Shown: in pieces, positions 34,527 to 46,855 of the stretch
Layout: each line of letters begins with the position of its first letter
Numbering within the stretch: position 1 is the first letter of the stretch
DNA from: Epithemia pelagica
Lineage: Eukaryota > Protista > Bacillariophyta
Assembly (NCBI GenBank): GCA_946965045.2
Contig: OX337240.1
Span: 3,162,650 to 3,226,649 of the forward strand
Direction of reading: 5' to 3'
Length of the DNA stretch: 64,000 nucleotides
Notes under the pieces: model-generated
What the model saw: the letters and a program-made list of their open reading frames with translations, nothing else
Told to the model about the DNA's origin: nothing
Database searches by the model: none
Program-made: the position numbers and the translations under genes

Positions 34527-37500
34527 ATGGGCCGTCCTTGTAAACCAAGGTATTTAAGAAATAAACCTTCCGTCATCAAAGATCAATGGGTAGGCGAAGA
34601 TCCAAATGCGAGTACAGGTGGTTCCATTCTTCCATGTCGTAAATGTAGAAATTGTCATGTATTATTCCACGTCTCCGGGATCTTCCAACATGAAAAGGTT
34701 TGTAGCACCAAAAGAGAAAACGGCACTTTGGTCTCACATGCATTGGAGCACGAATCGTCCATGATATGCCACGAAACTGCTGGTGTCGAGAACAACACCT
34801 CTCATGATAAAGATCAGGGAAATCATTTAGAAAATGGAGGAACCGATGATAGTGCTGTAGGGATTTCAGAAAATGGAGTAACCGACGATGGTGCTGTAGG
34901 GATACCCTGGGCGGACAATCGAGAAGATGAGGAAAGAGAGGATCTGCAACCCACTACACAAAAACAACCCATCGTGAGACAGCCATGTCGGAATAGTACA
35001 AATATTGCTCATTCCTTGCTGTCATCTGAGAATGAGGAAGAATCAGATGAGGACCAAGAAGAGGGACCATCAGCAGATCATGATGATGGGCTCCAACAAA
35101 ATGTCGATGACAATGAGGATGTCCAAGGCAAAGGTTCATCCAGTGATGACCATGTTATCGATGAAAACTCAAAAGACAATCCTTTGGAATTTCCAGTGTA
35201 TCTTGAACAAAATGGACTCCGATTTTCCGAAGATGACAAGGCTTTATTGAGGTTGGCCATACTCCTCCAGAATGCTGGGTGTCCGAAGTTCATGTTCGAT
35301 GCCATTTTGGCATGGATTGATTATACTAACGAGTGTTGTGGCTCACGTTTTTTCAATAAAAAACATCCACGGCGAAAGGGATTCATGGCGAAATTCGAAA
35401 AAAGAGGTTTCGATTTCCCCAAACCAAAGATTGTCACCGTCCCAATGGAAGTTACAACCAAAAAGGATATAATCGTTCCAGACAGTGAGAAGTCCGTTGA
35501 TACCGTTATATTTGATTTTGTGCATCAACTTCGACGTGTCTTGCAAGATCCTGAAGCCACTTCCAAGGATAAAACAATATTATGTGATGACGACCCGTAT
35601 CGCCCTTATACACCGAATAAATGTCTCAAAAACATACAAGATGGCCATGTTTTCCAACGTACCGTACGGAAATACAGACATGACAACGATACTTTCGTTG
35701 TTGGTTTATTGTCTTATATGGATAAGACACACGCGACAGGGGATGGTCGCTTTAATGCGGAACCAGTTGTTATGGTACCTTCATTTTTGACGATGTCTGA
35801 AATGCGAAAACCGAATAGACAAATCATCTTAGGGTTGATCACAGATATGGAACGGAAGTCATCTGCGGCCAAATACATCTTGGATAGGGGGTCCCCCTGT
35901 CGGAATTATCATGCACAGCTCTCGCGAATACACCAAGCTCTTTTGAAGATACAGAATCGAGGTGGATTGTGGATGCGATTACGGATCCATGGGATCGAGA
36001 AGGTGGTGAGATTAGTGTTACCCGTGATCATGATAAAGGGAGATGCGAAGTCACAAGATAACATCGCAGGACGATATGCATCTCATCATCAAAGTGTTGG
36101 CCGGCTTGTTTGGCAGTGTGATTGCACACCTCGGGAGTCTAGATACCCATGGTCCACATGCAACTACCTCTTCAAAAACCCTATTCATTTCAGAAGCCTC
36201 CGTGTGCTTGGTTTAGATAAACCATCAGGAAACCCAATAGTTATCGATTCTGGACAACCCGGCATAGATGATCCGAGAGAGGATCCTTGGAGAGAACCTG
36301 TGAACAATTCCAAGAAAATTTTACATCAGATTGGACAATACCCAGTGAACAACATCTACAACCATTTGTATTTGGGTGAGGGTGTTAATAAAACACATGG
36401 GATTTTTACCGCGGCATGTTGTGATGTATTACATACTTTGAAATCGGGGATCATGAAATATATCATGACTGATTTCTTTGCTCTGATGACAATGAGAGAA
36501 AAAGCCATGTTTGATTTCTTGTACAGCTCTTTCTTCCAAGCCAACCGGCAGTCGGTATTCTCTTATTCTTCTAGTTGGGGGTACCCCAGAACATCCTTCT
36601 CTGCAGGTATCAGTAATGTTACAAAGGTAACAGCCAATGAATGGGTTGGTATTATGTTTGTCTCAGCCGCTTTGTGTGTTTCTGTTCGTGGTCATCTTAT
36701 TTTCGCTTCGACTATGGCGGAGAAATGGAAAAAAGTAGTTGCAGAGTGGAAACAATGGTGTAAAGAAGAAGAAGAGAGACGAAAGAAAAAGGAAGAAGAG
36801 AAAGAACGGAAGAGAAAGAAAAATGAATTAGAAAAAAAAAGAAAAAACGACAACGAATGGGCGCTGGACAAAACAACGTATCCACTACCAACAATAAACG
36901 TCAACGACAATCGAAAAAAAACCCGGTTGTACACCACAGTATCGCTGATGCTTCATCCGATTCGGATGAGAATGACTCACCTGTGGATGATAGTAACGAA
37001 GAAATAACCACAAATATCAACGACAATCTGCCCGTTCATGTACAGGAAAATGAAGATTACCAATATTGTGAACCTGACATTGAGGTACAGGTTACGAGCG
37101 AAACAGTATTCGACGATGACCCTGTGGCATATGCATCGATCTGGGATGAAGGTGAACGGGAACCATATCTGGATTTCCTCTTCCTGTTTGAGACAATACT
37201 CTGTTTCAACAGCTGGACAAGGATGGATAGATTTTGGGATAGCGACCCACGTTCTCCTGCCGCGAAGGAAACAGCGCGACGATCAGTTGAATCTGTCAAG
37301 ATAATGATGGATGGTATACGGCGGTATGCACCACGATTGGATAAAAAAGGGAAACTGATGTGCAATGGTTGGATGATCCCAAAATACCACAACTTGGTAC
37401 ATATAGTTCGACAGGTGTCCAATTTCGGCCCAGTTAAAATATCCGACACTGAATCAGAGGAGAGTAACCACAAAGAAATTGTCAAACTGAATGCCAAAAC

Positions 37501-38656
37501 AGTACAAAAGCGGGGTAAGGGTGTCTTCGACAGTCAACTTGGTGATAACATATGGCAGATGCAGGCATGGGATCTGCTCTGTAAAGCATCAGGGATCAAA
37601 CAAGATGACGTGGAGCTACTAAAAAATGGTCAATCTCCAACCATTGTGGCAAGGAAAAAAAGAAGTCAAGTGTATCATAGTCATGAGAATGATGACGAGG
37701 ACGGTGAAGAAGATAGATGTAAATTCAAGGGGCGAGGGACAACAATACAAATCCAATTGGTCAGATCTGGACGGACAGAGAGCCCCGTGGTCAAGTGTAC
37801 TTACAAGTATATTTCGAAAACAAATACCGGTATGATCCTCCCAAAAGTAATCCTTGACTTCCTGGTGAAACATGCAAGTGCACTCTTCACACAAATGAAT
37901 ATTATACAACAGAATGACACAAGTGATTACATCATGATCCATGGGTGTACAGAGGTCAAATTCAGGGACGAAAACATAGGTGGTATCCGATGTCATCCTA
38001 ATTACCAAAGTGAGGGTCCTTGGAGAGACTGGGTGAAAGCATGGATCCCACGACACCAGCGAACACCATTCACTGACACTGCAACAGGTAATCAGGGAAC
38101 AGACAATATCTTGGTACTCTGTCAGGTTTTATGCTTCATACGCAGACCATGGGAACAACGGGAAAGTGCTGGTCACATGCAAGAACAGGGAAATGATGCT
38201 CGTACATCAAGAATCCACCAAGAAAAACCGAGAGATGTCACACATGCTTTACTACGAACCACTTATCGTCGTAGTGACAAGGATAAAGAGAAGTCCTCCG
38301 TCCTTTTCATTCGATGGAGCAAGGCCTTTACCCGGAATTCCCGTGTTCCCGATCTTGTATTGGTTCCTATCACCAATATAGTTGAATTGGTAGGAGTGAT
38401 CGATGAAAACCCGGAAATGATCCAACACCGAGATAAGGTACCGGAATACCTGCATTCTGATGCGGAAAGAGAAATATTGCTTGAATATACTCGGAATCAC
38501 AGGAACTATTCCGATATTGTATGGGAGGTACTTCCTGCCAGTAAATGGGCCAATGAGTTCAATGACTCAGCAAGTGATTCGTTGAGAGCAAGATATACAT
38601 CATCATCAGATCCTTCACAAACAACAACAACAGATCGTAACACTGCTGGATCATGA
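34527..38656 (+). CDS. CMC/Plavaka-like DDE transposase split into two overlapping ORFs (34527-37007, 36857-38656)
   Basis: LSYMDKTH, IKGDAKSQD, CDC, CCDVLHTLKSG, PKYHNLVH...FGP...DTESEESNHK, CHPNYQSEGPWRDWV. Frame change at the A9 run 36832-36840. Confidence 0.8.
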
Positions 38657-39052
38657 AGGTGTCAGTGAAAGTCGTTCTGTATAACCAATAAGGGGGTGGG
38701 TGGGGGTGGGGGTGGGGGTGTGTTTCCAACCACCAACAAAGGTCATGGGGGATGTCCGAGTGGTATCCGTAATATTTATTTCAGAGAAGTGGTCCCAATA
38801 ATATACTCCCCAACATGTCGGAGTGGTACTCCGTTTATTAAAAAGAGTAACACGTGATGAGGGATAGTATGAGATAGATGTCCATGTGGTATCCACAAAC
38901 GGCAGCCGACCCATTATTCTTCATAAAAAAACAAACACATCTTAGTAGAAGTCTCGTCTCTTCTTTTTCTTGAATGTGATAGGTTCATTCTGTTTGATCA
39001 TCAAGTAATCATTTTTACACAAGCGGTGAGATAAAACTCTCTGGCTTACGCA

Positions 39053-40093
39053 ATGTTGAGCAATCCATACAAAAAACCACGCACCATGACGAACCCATAC
39101 AACAAACGCCGAAAACCACAAAGTACCAAACCACAAAACAAGGGGGTACTTAGTGAAAGCCGTGGAAACAATCTTCATCCAGAAGAAACCCAGTTCCAAA
39201 ATGACGGCGACATCACATTTCTCGAGGATTTATTTCAATTGAGAGAAGAGAAATTCCAGAAAGAGAATAAAGGACATCACAAAAATAACAACAGCAACCA
39301 CGTCGGCGAATTGGTACCACGAGTAGTAGATGACAGCTCTCCTGAACCAGGTATATCCGTCGAAGGGCATCACGAGAAAACAGAGCAGCCAAAGAAAACA
39401 GAGACTCCTGGTAACGTTGTTGTACCACCATCCATTCCCGATACAACTATCGTTCCTCATACTAATCCCAAGAAAACGGTCATTCGCAATCCATATGCGG
39501 TCAAAAGCCGTATCATTGACCCCTCTGTGGTCACTGCGAAATTTAAGACAATACCATTGGCTCCAGAATCACCGAGTTATTCTGATCGAGTTGGTGACCG
39601 AGATGCAGACTTTCACCCTGAAGTGGTTAAGTTCACCAGACTTACCAACGAGGTATTGGGTTCTACAGAGAATATAGCAGATGCCATTTGTCCAGTTTGT
39701 TTGTTTCAAGATAACCCAACAACCGATCGGTATTTAACAGGAAAATTCTGGCATCCTTTTGGTACTACTCACCGGTGCCGTGACCATTGTTACGGTTGTG
39801 GGGTACATTGTGATGTATGCAAAACAGGTGGCAATGAATACAAATGCCGGCAATGCATTTTCGACCACGATGGGAAACTCCATGATAAACTTGTGGATCG
39901 CACATGTACTTATATTCCAATCGTATGTAAGGGTTGCCTCCGACCATGCAATTCAATGGCTATGAACTCGTGTATCACGGACCAAAAGTCTTGTTGCAGA
40001 CCATACCAGTGTCGCGTTGTCGATGTCTCAAACTTCCATGGACATGGAGCAAAGACACCCTTCTATAACTTGAATCGCTCCAAATTTCGGTAG
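39053..40093 (+). CDS. Hypothetical Cys-rich protein
   Basis: 346 aa with multiple CxxC pairs (CPVC, CYGC, CDVC, CRQC, CKGC). The last ~130 nt are the first unit of the 170-bp satellite. Confidence 0.55.
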   Translation: MLSNPYKKPRTMTNPYNKRRKPQSTKPQNKGVLSESRGNNLHPEETQFQNDGDITFLEDLFQLREEKFQKENKGHHKNNNSNHVGELVPRVVDDSSPEPGISVEGHHEKTEQPKKTETPGNVVVPPSIPDTTIVPHTNPKKTVIRNPYAVKSRIIDPSVVTAKFKTIPLAPESPSYSDRVGDRDADFHPEVVKFTRLTNEVLGSTENIADAICPVCLFQDNPTTDRYLTGKFWHPFGTTHRCRDHCYGCGVHCDVCKTGGNEYKCRQCIFDHDGKLHDKLVDRTCTYIPIVCKGCLRPCNSMAMNSCITDQKSCCRPYQCRVVDVSNFHGHGAKTPFYNLNRSKFR

Positions 40094-43000
40094 AGACACT
40101 TGGGATATCATAGGCATGAATGTCATAGGCTCTGAACTCGTCTATCGCGGACCAAAAGTCTTGTTGTAGACCATACCAGTGTCGCGTTTTCGATGTACCA
40201 AATTACCATGGACATGGAGCAAAGACACCCTTCTATAACTCGAAGCGCTCCAAATATTGGTAAAGACACTTGGGGTATCATAGGCATGGATGTCATAGGC
40301 TCTGAACTCGTCTATCGCGGACCAAAAGTCTTGTTGTAGACCAAACCAGTGTCGCGTTGTCGATGTCCCAAATTACCATGGACATGGAGCAAAGACACCC
40401 TTCTATAACTCGAAGCGCTCCAAATATTGGTAAAGACACTTGGGGTATCATAGGCATGGATGTCATAGGCTCTGAACTCGTCTATCGCGGACCAAAAGTC
40501 TTGTTGTAGACCATACCAGTGTCGCGTTGTCGATGTCCCAAATTACCATGGACATGGAGCAAAGACACCCTTCTATAACTTGAATCCCTCGAAATAATGG
40601 TAGAGACACTTGGGGTATCATAGGCATGGACGTCAATGGCTCTGAATTCGTGTATCGCGGACCAAAAGTCTTGTTGTAGACCATACCACTGTCGCGTTGA
40701 CGATGTCCCAAATTACCATGGACATGGAGCAAAGACACCCTTCTATAACTTGAATCGCTCCAAATATTGGTAGAGACACTTGGGGTATCATAGGCATGTA
40801 TGTCATAGGCTCTGAACTCGTGTATCGCAGACCAAAAGTCTTGTTGTAGACCATACCAGTGTCGCGTTGTAGATGTACCGAACTTCCATGGACATGGAGC
40901 AAAGACACCCTTCTATAACTTGAATCGCTCCAAATATTGGTAGAGACACTTGGGATATCATAGGCATGGATGTCATAGGCTCTGAACTCGTCTATCGCGG
41001 ACCAAAAGTCTTGTTGTAGACCATACCAGTGTCGCGTTGTCGATGTCCCAAACTTCCATGGACATGGAGCAAAGACACCCTTCTATAACTTGAATCCCTC
41101 GAAATAATGGTAGAGACACTTGGGGTATCATAGGTATGGACGTCAATGGCTCTGAACTCGTGTATCGCGGACCAAAAGTCTTGTTGTAGACCATACCAGT
41201 GTCGTGTTGTCGATGTTCCAAATTACCATGGACATGAAGCAAAGACACCCTTCTATAACTTGAAGCGCTCCAAATATTGGTAGACACACTTGGGGTATCA
41301 TATGCATGTATGTCATAGGCTCTGAACTCGTGTATCGCAGACCAAAAGTCTTGTTGTAGACCATACCAGTGTCGCGTTGTAGATGTACCGAACTTCCATG
41401 GACATGGAGCAAAGACACCCTTCTATCACTTTAATCGCTCCAAATATTGGTAGAGACACTCGGGATATCATAGGCATGAATGTCATAGGCTCTGAACTCG
41501 TCTATCGCGGACCAAAGGTCTTGTTGTAGACCATACCAGTGCCGCGCTGTAGATGTACCGAACTTCCATGGACATGGAGCAAAGACACCCTTCTATAACT
41601 TGAATCGCTCCAAATTTCGGTAGAGACACTTGGGATATCATAGGCATGAATGTCATAGGCTCTGAACTCGTCTATCGCGGACCAAAAGTCTTGTTGTAGA
41701 CCATACCAGTGTCGCGTTTTCGATGTCCCAAACTTCCATGGACATGGAGCAAAGACACCCTTCTATAACTTGAATCCCTCGAAATAATGGTAGAGACACT
41801 TGGGGTATCATAGGTATGGACGTCAATGGCTCTGAACTCGTGTATCGCGGACCAAAAGTCTTGTTGTAGACCATACCAGTGTCGTGTTGTCGATGTTCCA
41901 AATTACCATGGACATGAAGCAAAGACACCCTTCTATAACTTGAAGCGCTCCAAATATTGGTAGACACACTTGGGGTATCATATGCATGTATGTCATAGGC
42001 TCTGAACTCGTGTATCGCAGACCAAAAGTCTTGTTGTAGACCATACCAGTGTCGCGTTGTAGATGTACCGAACTTCCATGGACATGGAGCAAAGACACCC
42101 TTCTATCACTTTAATCGCTCCAAATATTGGTAGAGACACTCGGGATATCATAGGCATGAATGTCATAGGCTCTGAACTCGTCTATCGCGGACCAAAGGTC
42201 TTGTTGTAGACCATACCAGTGCCGCGCTGTAGATGTACCGAACTTCCATGGACATGGAGCAAAGACACCCTTCTATAACTTGAATCGCTCCAAATATTGG
42301 TAGAGACACTTAGGATATCATAGGCATGAATGTCATAGGCTCTGAACTCGTGTATCGCGGACCAAAAGTCTTGTTGTAGACCATACCAGTGTCGCGTTGT
42401 CGATGTCCCAAACTTCCATGGACATGGAGCAAAGACACCCTTCTATAACTTGAATCGCTCCAAATTTCGGTAGAGACACTTGGGATATCATAGGCATGAA
42501 TGTCATAGGCTCTGAACTCGTGTATCGCGGACCAAAAGTCTTGTTGTAGACCAAACCAGTGTCGCGTTTTCGATGTCCCAAATTACCATGGACATGGAGC
42601 AAAGACACCCTTCTATAACTTGAATCGCTCCAAATATTGGTAGAGACACTTGGGGTATCATAGGCATGGACGTCATAGGCTCTAAACTCGTCTATCGCGG
42701 ACCAAAAGTCTTGTTGTAGACCATACCAGTGTCGTGTTGTCGTTGTTCCAAACTTCCATGGACATGGAGCAAAGACACCCTTCTATAACTTGAAGCGCTC
42801 CAAATATTGGTAGAGACACTTGGGGTATTATAGGAATGGACGTCATAGGCTCTGAACGCGTGTACCATGGACCAAAAGTTTTGTAGTAGACCATACTGGT
42901 GTGGTGTTGCCGTTGTACCAAACTTCCATGTACATGGAGCAAAGTCACCCTTCTATAACTTGAATCGCTCCAAATTTCAATAGAGACACTTGGGGTATCA

Positions 43001-43640
43001 TAGGAATGGATGTCATAGTCTTTGATCTCGTCTATCGCGGACCAAAAGTCTCGTTGTAGGCCATACCAGTATCGCGTTTTCGTTGTCTCAACCTTCCATG
43101 AGGGGTATGGAGCAACAACACCCTTCTATGACTTGAAGCGCTCCAAAATTCGGTACAGACACTTGCGGTATCATAGGCACGGACGTCATAGGCGCTGAAC
43201 TCGTCTATCATTGACGTAAATTATTGTTGTAGACCACACCGGTGCGGTGTTGTCGTCGTCCCAATCTTCCATAGATTTTTTGGAACAAAGACATTTTTCT
43301 TTTCATCTAATCGACCCAGGTCTTGGTACATATCCTCGGGACATCATAGCCATGTGTACCATAGGCTCTGATCTCATGTGCCGTCAAGACAAAGGCTTGC
43401 AATAGATTAGATCGGTTTGGCGTTGTCGTCGTGCCAAAATTGTATGGACATGGAGCAAAGAGATCCTTCTCTTCATGGAATCGGTCCAGATTTTGGAAGA
43501 GACCCATAGTGTCTCATTTTTATGGATACCATAGGATCTGATCTCGTGATCAGATACGAGAAAGGCTTGCAATAGACCATACCGATATAGCGTTGGCCTT
43601 GACATCGTCCAAAAATTTCGTACGCTCATTTCATCCTCCA
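39960..43640. repeat. 170-bp tandem satellite (~20 copies) with a 680-bp higher-order unit
   Basis: Unit TGAACTCGTCTATCGCGGACCAAAAGTCTTGTTGTAGACC... Matching variants at 40973/41653 and 41143/41823. Decays after ~43000. Confidence 0.95.
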
Positions 43641-43830
43641 TTGATTCGTATGACAAAGCAAACAAGACTCAGAAATTCTTAGCGTTATTTGAATTTTTCC
43701 CCATAAAAACGATAAGAATTGAGAGATAGTCAGGATCAGTTGTTTTCTCTGAAGTACATCTTCTTCCAACCGCAAACAGAAATCCTCGTACCATTACTCT
43801 TCAAGAAGACCGTTCGATATCGTATAAAAG

Positions 43831-44706
43831 ATGGAAGACTCGTCTTGGTTGAATACTGTTGCAATATGGAATCTCATCTCGAATACAAGATTTGATGTTG
43901 AAACTTCGTTTTGTCTTCGTAGCAGCGATAGGAATGTTGTTCTCACTGAAGATGTTGCAGCGGCAGCCGAAGGAATCAAAAACGAATTCAAGGATCTTGT
44001 AGACAAGATTATTAATCACGAGGGACGACTTGATGTGATTTCCATTATGAATGGTAATCAAGAGGGATATACAGAAGAGCACCAGTGTCAGATGGGCACA
44101 TGGGCAGACAGACCGGAATTCCTTGACGGACCCTTCATCTGGAAACAAAACTTCCTCGAGACATGTCTTGTTTGCGGTAAATTCACCTGTAATCAACGGG
44201 CAACAATATACACATGCAAACATTGTTTCCGTCCTTTACAAGTACCTGGGTCGTCTTCATCTTGTGATACCACTTGTGCAAAGACTCCCTGTACTTCATC
44301 CATGAACATGTCCTTCGTATGGGAGTTCTGTATGACTTTAAGAGAGGCATTCCAAGCGTGGTTAGACTTCCACAAGTTTGGAAAAAACAGAAAGATTCCC
44401 TTTTTTGAATATATCCCAGCCGAAACTTGTGGCATCTTGACAAAAACGGTCGGTAAAGTATGGAGAGAAAAATTGGAGCCTTATTACGACGAGGATACCA
44501 AGTGGCGTAGTCCATCTCATTTCATTCACACCGAGAAACAATGGGCATTGTGGCTGATTTCTTCACCACCTGGTTGCTCTTTTCGCAACTATATGCCTAT
44601 TTTTACTGCATGTTATCACATAGCACAGGAAAATCCAAAGAAACACGCTGCTGGTGTACCACACCAGAGTGCTCGTAAGAAGCAAAAGACGTGGAATGCT
44701 CCTTGA
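43831..44706 (+). CDS. Hypothetical protein with a Cys cluster
   Basis: 291 aa, CLVCGKFTC...CKHC. Confidence 0.5.
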   Translation: MEDSSWLNTVAIWNLISNTRFDVETSFCLRSSDRNVVLTEDVAAAAEGIKNEFKDLVDKIINHEGRLDVISIMNGNQEGYTEEHQCQMGTWADRPEFLDGPFIWKQNFLETCLVCGKFTCNQRATIYTCKHCFRPLQVPGSSSSCDTTCAKTPCTSSMNMSFVWEFCMTLREAFQAWLDFHKFGKNRKIPFFEYIPAETCGILTKTVGKVWREKLEPYYDEDTKWRSPSHFIHTEKQWALWLISSPPGCSFRNYMPIFTACYHIAQENPKKHAAGVPHQSARKKQKTWNAP

Positions 44707-44745
44707 ATTTGTTTTTCCTTGGTGATGAATGCATCCAGAAAGAAT

Positions 44746-46734
44746 TTATAATATTCCGCTACGAATGCCTTGAACCGTTTTGGTTATACCATGGTCCTCT
44801 CTTGTTTCGTTGACAGTTGCATTCATAGACCTGGAACTTACTGCCCAAAACCAACTAATAGTGTCGTTCTTCATGTTCCCATCTGTATGTTGTCTTTGTG
44901 TGTGTATTGACGTTCCATGCCGGATCACACGTCCATCCCATAGAACCGAAACCCCATGAAATAGTTGTATACAAAGACCATGGTATGTAGTACCATCATA
45001 CTCCACAAGAATATTCGGCAAAACAAAGAACCAATTTTGGGAGTCACCTGGGATTGTCTCTGTCCAGATTGCGAATGAAACAGAACCATCGTGAACATCA
45101 TAGTGTGTCGTGTTCATGAGGTTCAAACTCAGGGTAATGGCTGAGGTCATACCTCCGACTCTTCCTCCGAATTCACTAGGCATTTCTTCGCCAGCTGAAT
45201 CTTCTAGATACCGGAATGTTGGAATCACCCCAGGATATTCGCGTTCACAGAACCTTTTTGCCGCTGTACTTATTTTCGGCAGTATCATCGATAATGTCTT
45301 GTCCTTTGTAAATAATTTCTCGGAAACGAAAGTAGAACCGTTTCCTCTTGCCGCAGTATTACCAACAGTAGTCATAGATCCTAAGTCTCCCTTATTACAT
45401 CTGGCATTGGCCGCCTTTCTCAGAGACCCAGTACGTGTAAATTCCCTTGCTCTGTGGTGTAATAGGTCCAACAACGTCTGGTCTTTCCGTAACAGGGATG
45501 TCACTCGAATGTAACTAAGTGACTCTGGTCTCCCATCATTTCGGCGTGTCCGAACAATGAAAGTAATGTTTCCCCGAATACGATGGTCGTATACCAGTGG
45601 CCTTGGGTGTGTACCGGACGACATTTGCAACCATAGGTTTCGATGCAAAGCACCACTAACATATCTCCGACTCCCTTTCTTATCTGAGTCATTCCTGTTT
45701 ATAATCAGCCTTGTTCGATATTGTTCCCGTGACATGTGATGTGTCATCGACTGTTTATTCCCTGGCTTTTCGATCTTTCCCTTGTCATCGAGGTACACGT
45801 CAGGAGGTAAAAGTGGGCTCCCATCCTCCACATCTGACCATTGGTAACATTCCTTCACAGTTTTGTCATTATTAGTAAGATGTTCACCCCAATCTAGACT
45901 CCAACAACGATGAATTTTTTTCAAGAATGCATTACTTGCAGGTTGGCCATCTTTGTGTCGCAGACGTAACCAAGACAACGGTAGTGGGACTGATGACGAT
46001 GTGATGTTGGACGACCTTGATAGTTCTTGAAATTGACGCACACATGTATAAAAAACCCCAGCCAAAGGGAAGAGGATAATGATATCTCTGAAGAGGTGAT
46101 CATTTTTGTCAAGACATAAATTTTTGTTAGTCCGAATCATCATGACAGGATCTTCGAATATAGAGGACGACACATGTGTTGTCTTTTTCCTGATTTCTCT
46201 ATATCTTGTCCTCGACAAGGTACATTCCAATATGAATGCATTGTGGATCGTTTTAGTTACAAGACCCACCGGGATTTGAGTTACAATCATAGGACAACAT
46301 TCTGGTATAATGTTCGAATGACTGACAACGTCATCTCTTGTCTCCACAACATCATCCATAGCCTTGTTGTATATTTCTGGGATACGTGCAAAGACACTCG
46401 GGATATCTTTCATATCGACCTTCCGTTGTATCATCTCTTTTTCGAACGACAAACCAAAACAATCTTGATCGTCGTAACTTCCAAAGCAACGCTGCAGTAG
46501 ATGCGATAGCATCCTTATTCGATCGATGTCCTTGTCCAAGACAAAGTAGCACATTCTTTCGTGTGCACTTTCGTTCCGATGCGACATGGCGACCACTGTT
46601 TCACTTATACGTTGCGTTTTCTTCTTTTCGTACTTGGCATATGTCTCCTGTGTACATGTGAGTCTCGAAATCGTCTGATCCGATGCCATATCTTCGAAAG
46701 TGGGACGAATATGTTTCTTCTTTATGGATGTCAC
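44746..46734 (-). CDS. TET/JBP-like 2OG-Fe(II) dioxygenase
   Basis: GDLGSMTTVG, TSAITLSLNLMNTTHYDVHD (TxxHxDxxD) and GVSVLWDGRVIRHGTS (distal His), spaced as in TET/JBP catalytic domains. The terminal 2OG-binding Arg is not obvious. Confidence 0.65.
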   Translation of the reverse strand: MTSIKKKHIRPTFEDMASDQTISRLTCTQETYAKYEKKKTQRISETVVAMSHRNESAHERMCYFVLDKDIDRIRMLSHLLQRCFGSYDDQDCFGLSFEKEMIQRKVDMKDIPSVFARIPEIYNKAMDDVVETRDDVVSHSNIIPECCPMIVTQIPVGLVTKTIHNAFILECTLSRTRYREIRKKTTHVSSSIFEDPVMMIRTNKNLCLDKNDHLFRDIIILFPLAGVFYTCVRQFQELSRSSNITSSSVPLPLSWLRLRHKDGQPASNAFLKKIHRCWSLDWGEHLTNNDKTVKECYQWSDVEDGSPLLPPDVYLDDKGKIEKPGNKQSMTHHMSREQYRTRLIINRNDSDKKGSRRYVSGALHRNLWLQMSSGTHPRPLVYDHRIRGNITFIVRTRRNDGRPESLSYIRVTSLLRKDQTLLDLLHHRAREFTRTGSLRKAANARCNKGDLGSMTTVGNTAARGNGSTFVSEKLFTKDKTLSMILPKISTAAKRFCEREYPGVIPTFRYLEDSAGEEMPSEFGGRVGGMTSAITLSLNLMNTTHYDVHDGSVSFAIWTETIPGDSQNWFFVLPNILVEYDGTTYHGLCIQLFHGVSVLWDGRVIRHGTSIHTQRQHTDGNMKNDTISWFWAVSSRSMNATVNETREDHGITKTVQGIRSGIL

Positions 46735-46855
46735 CTCCGCTCTAGGATGTGTGCTTGTCGTTTCCGAACTTCTTGTAGTACAAAGACATAGTTAGTACGC
46801 GGATAGAAATGCCAAATACCTGAAACTAGAATGTCTCTTCTTTTGATCGAGAGTA

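Noticed and set aside
40463-42948. Repeated ~91-104-aa minus-strand ORFs
   Set aside because: Translations of the 170-bp satellite.
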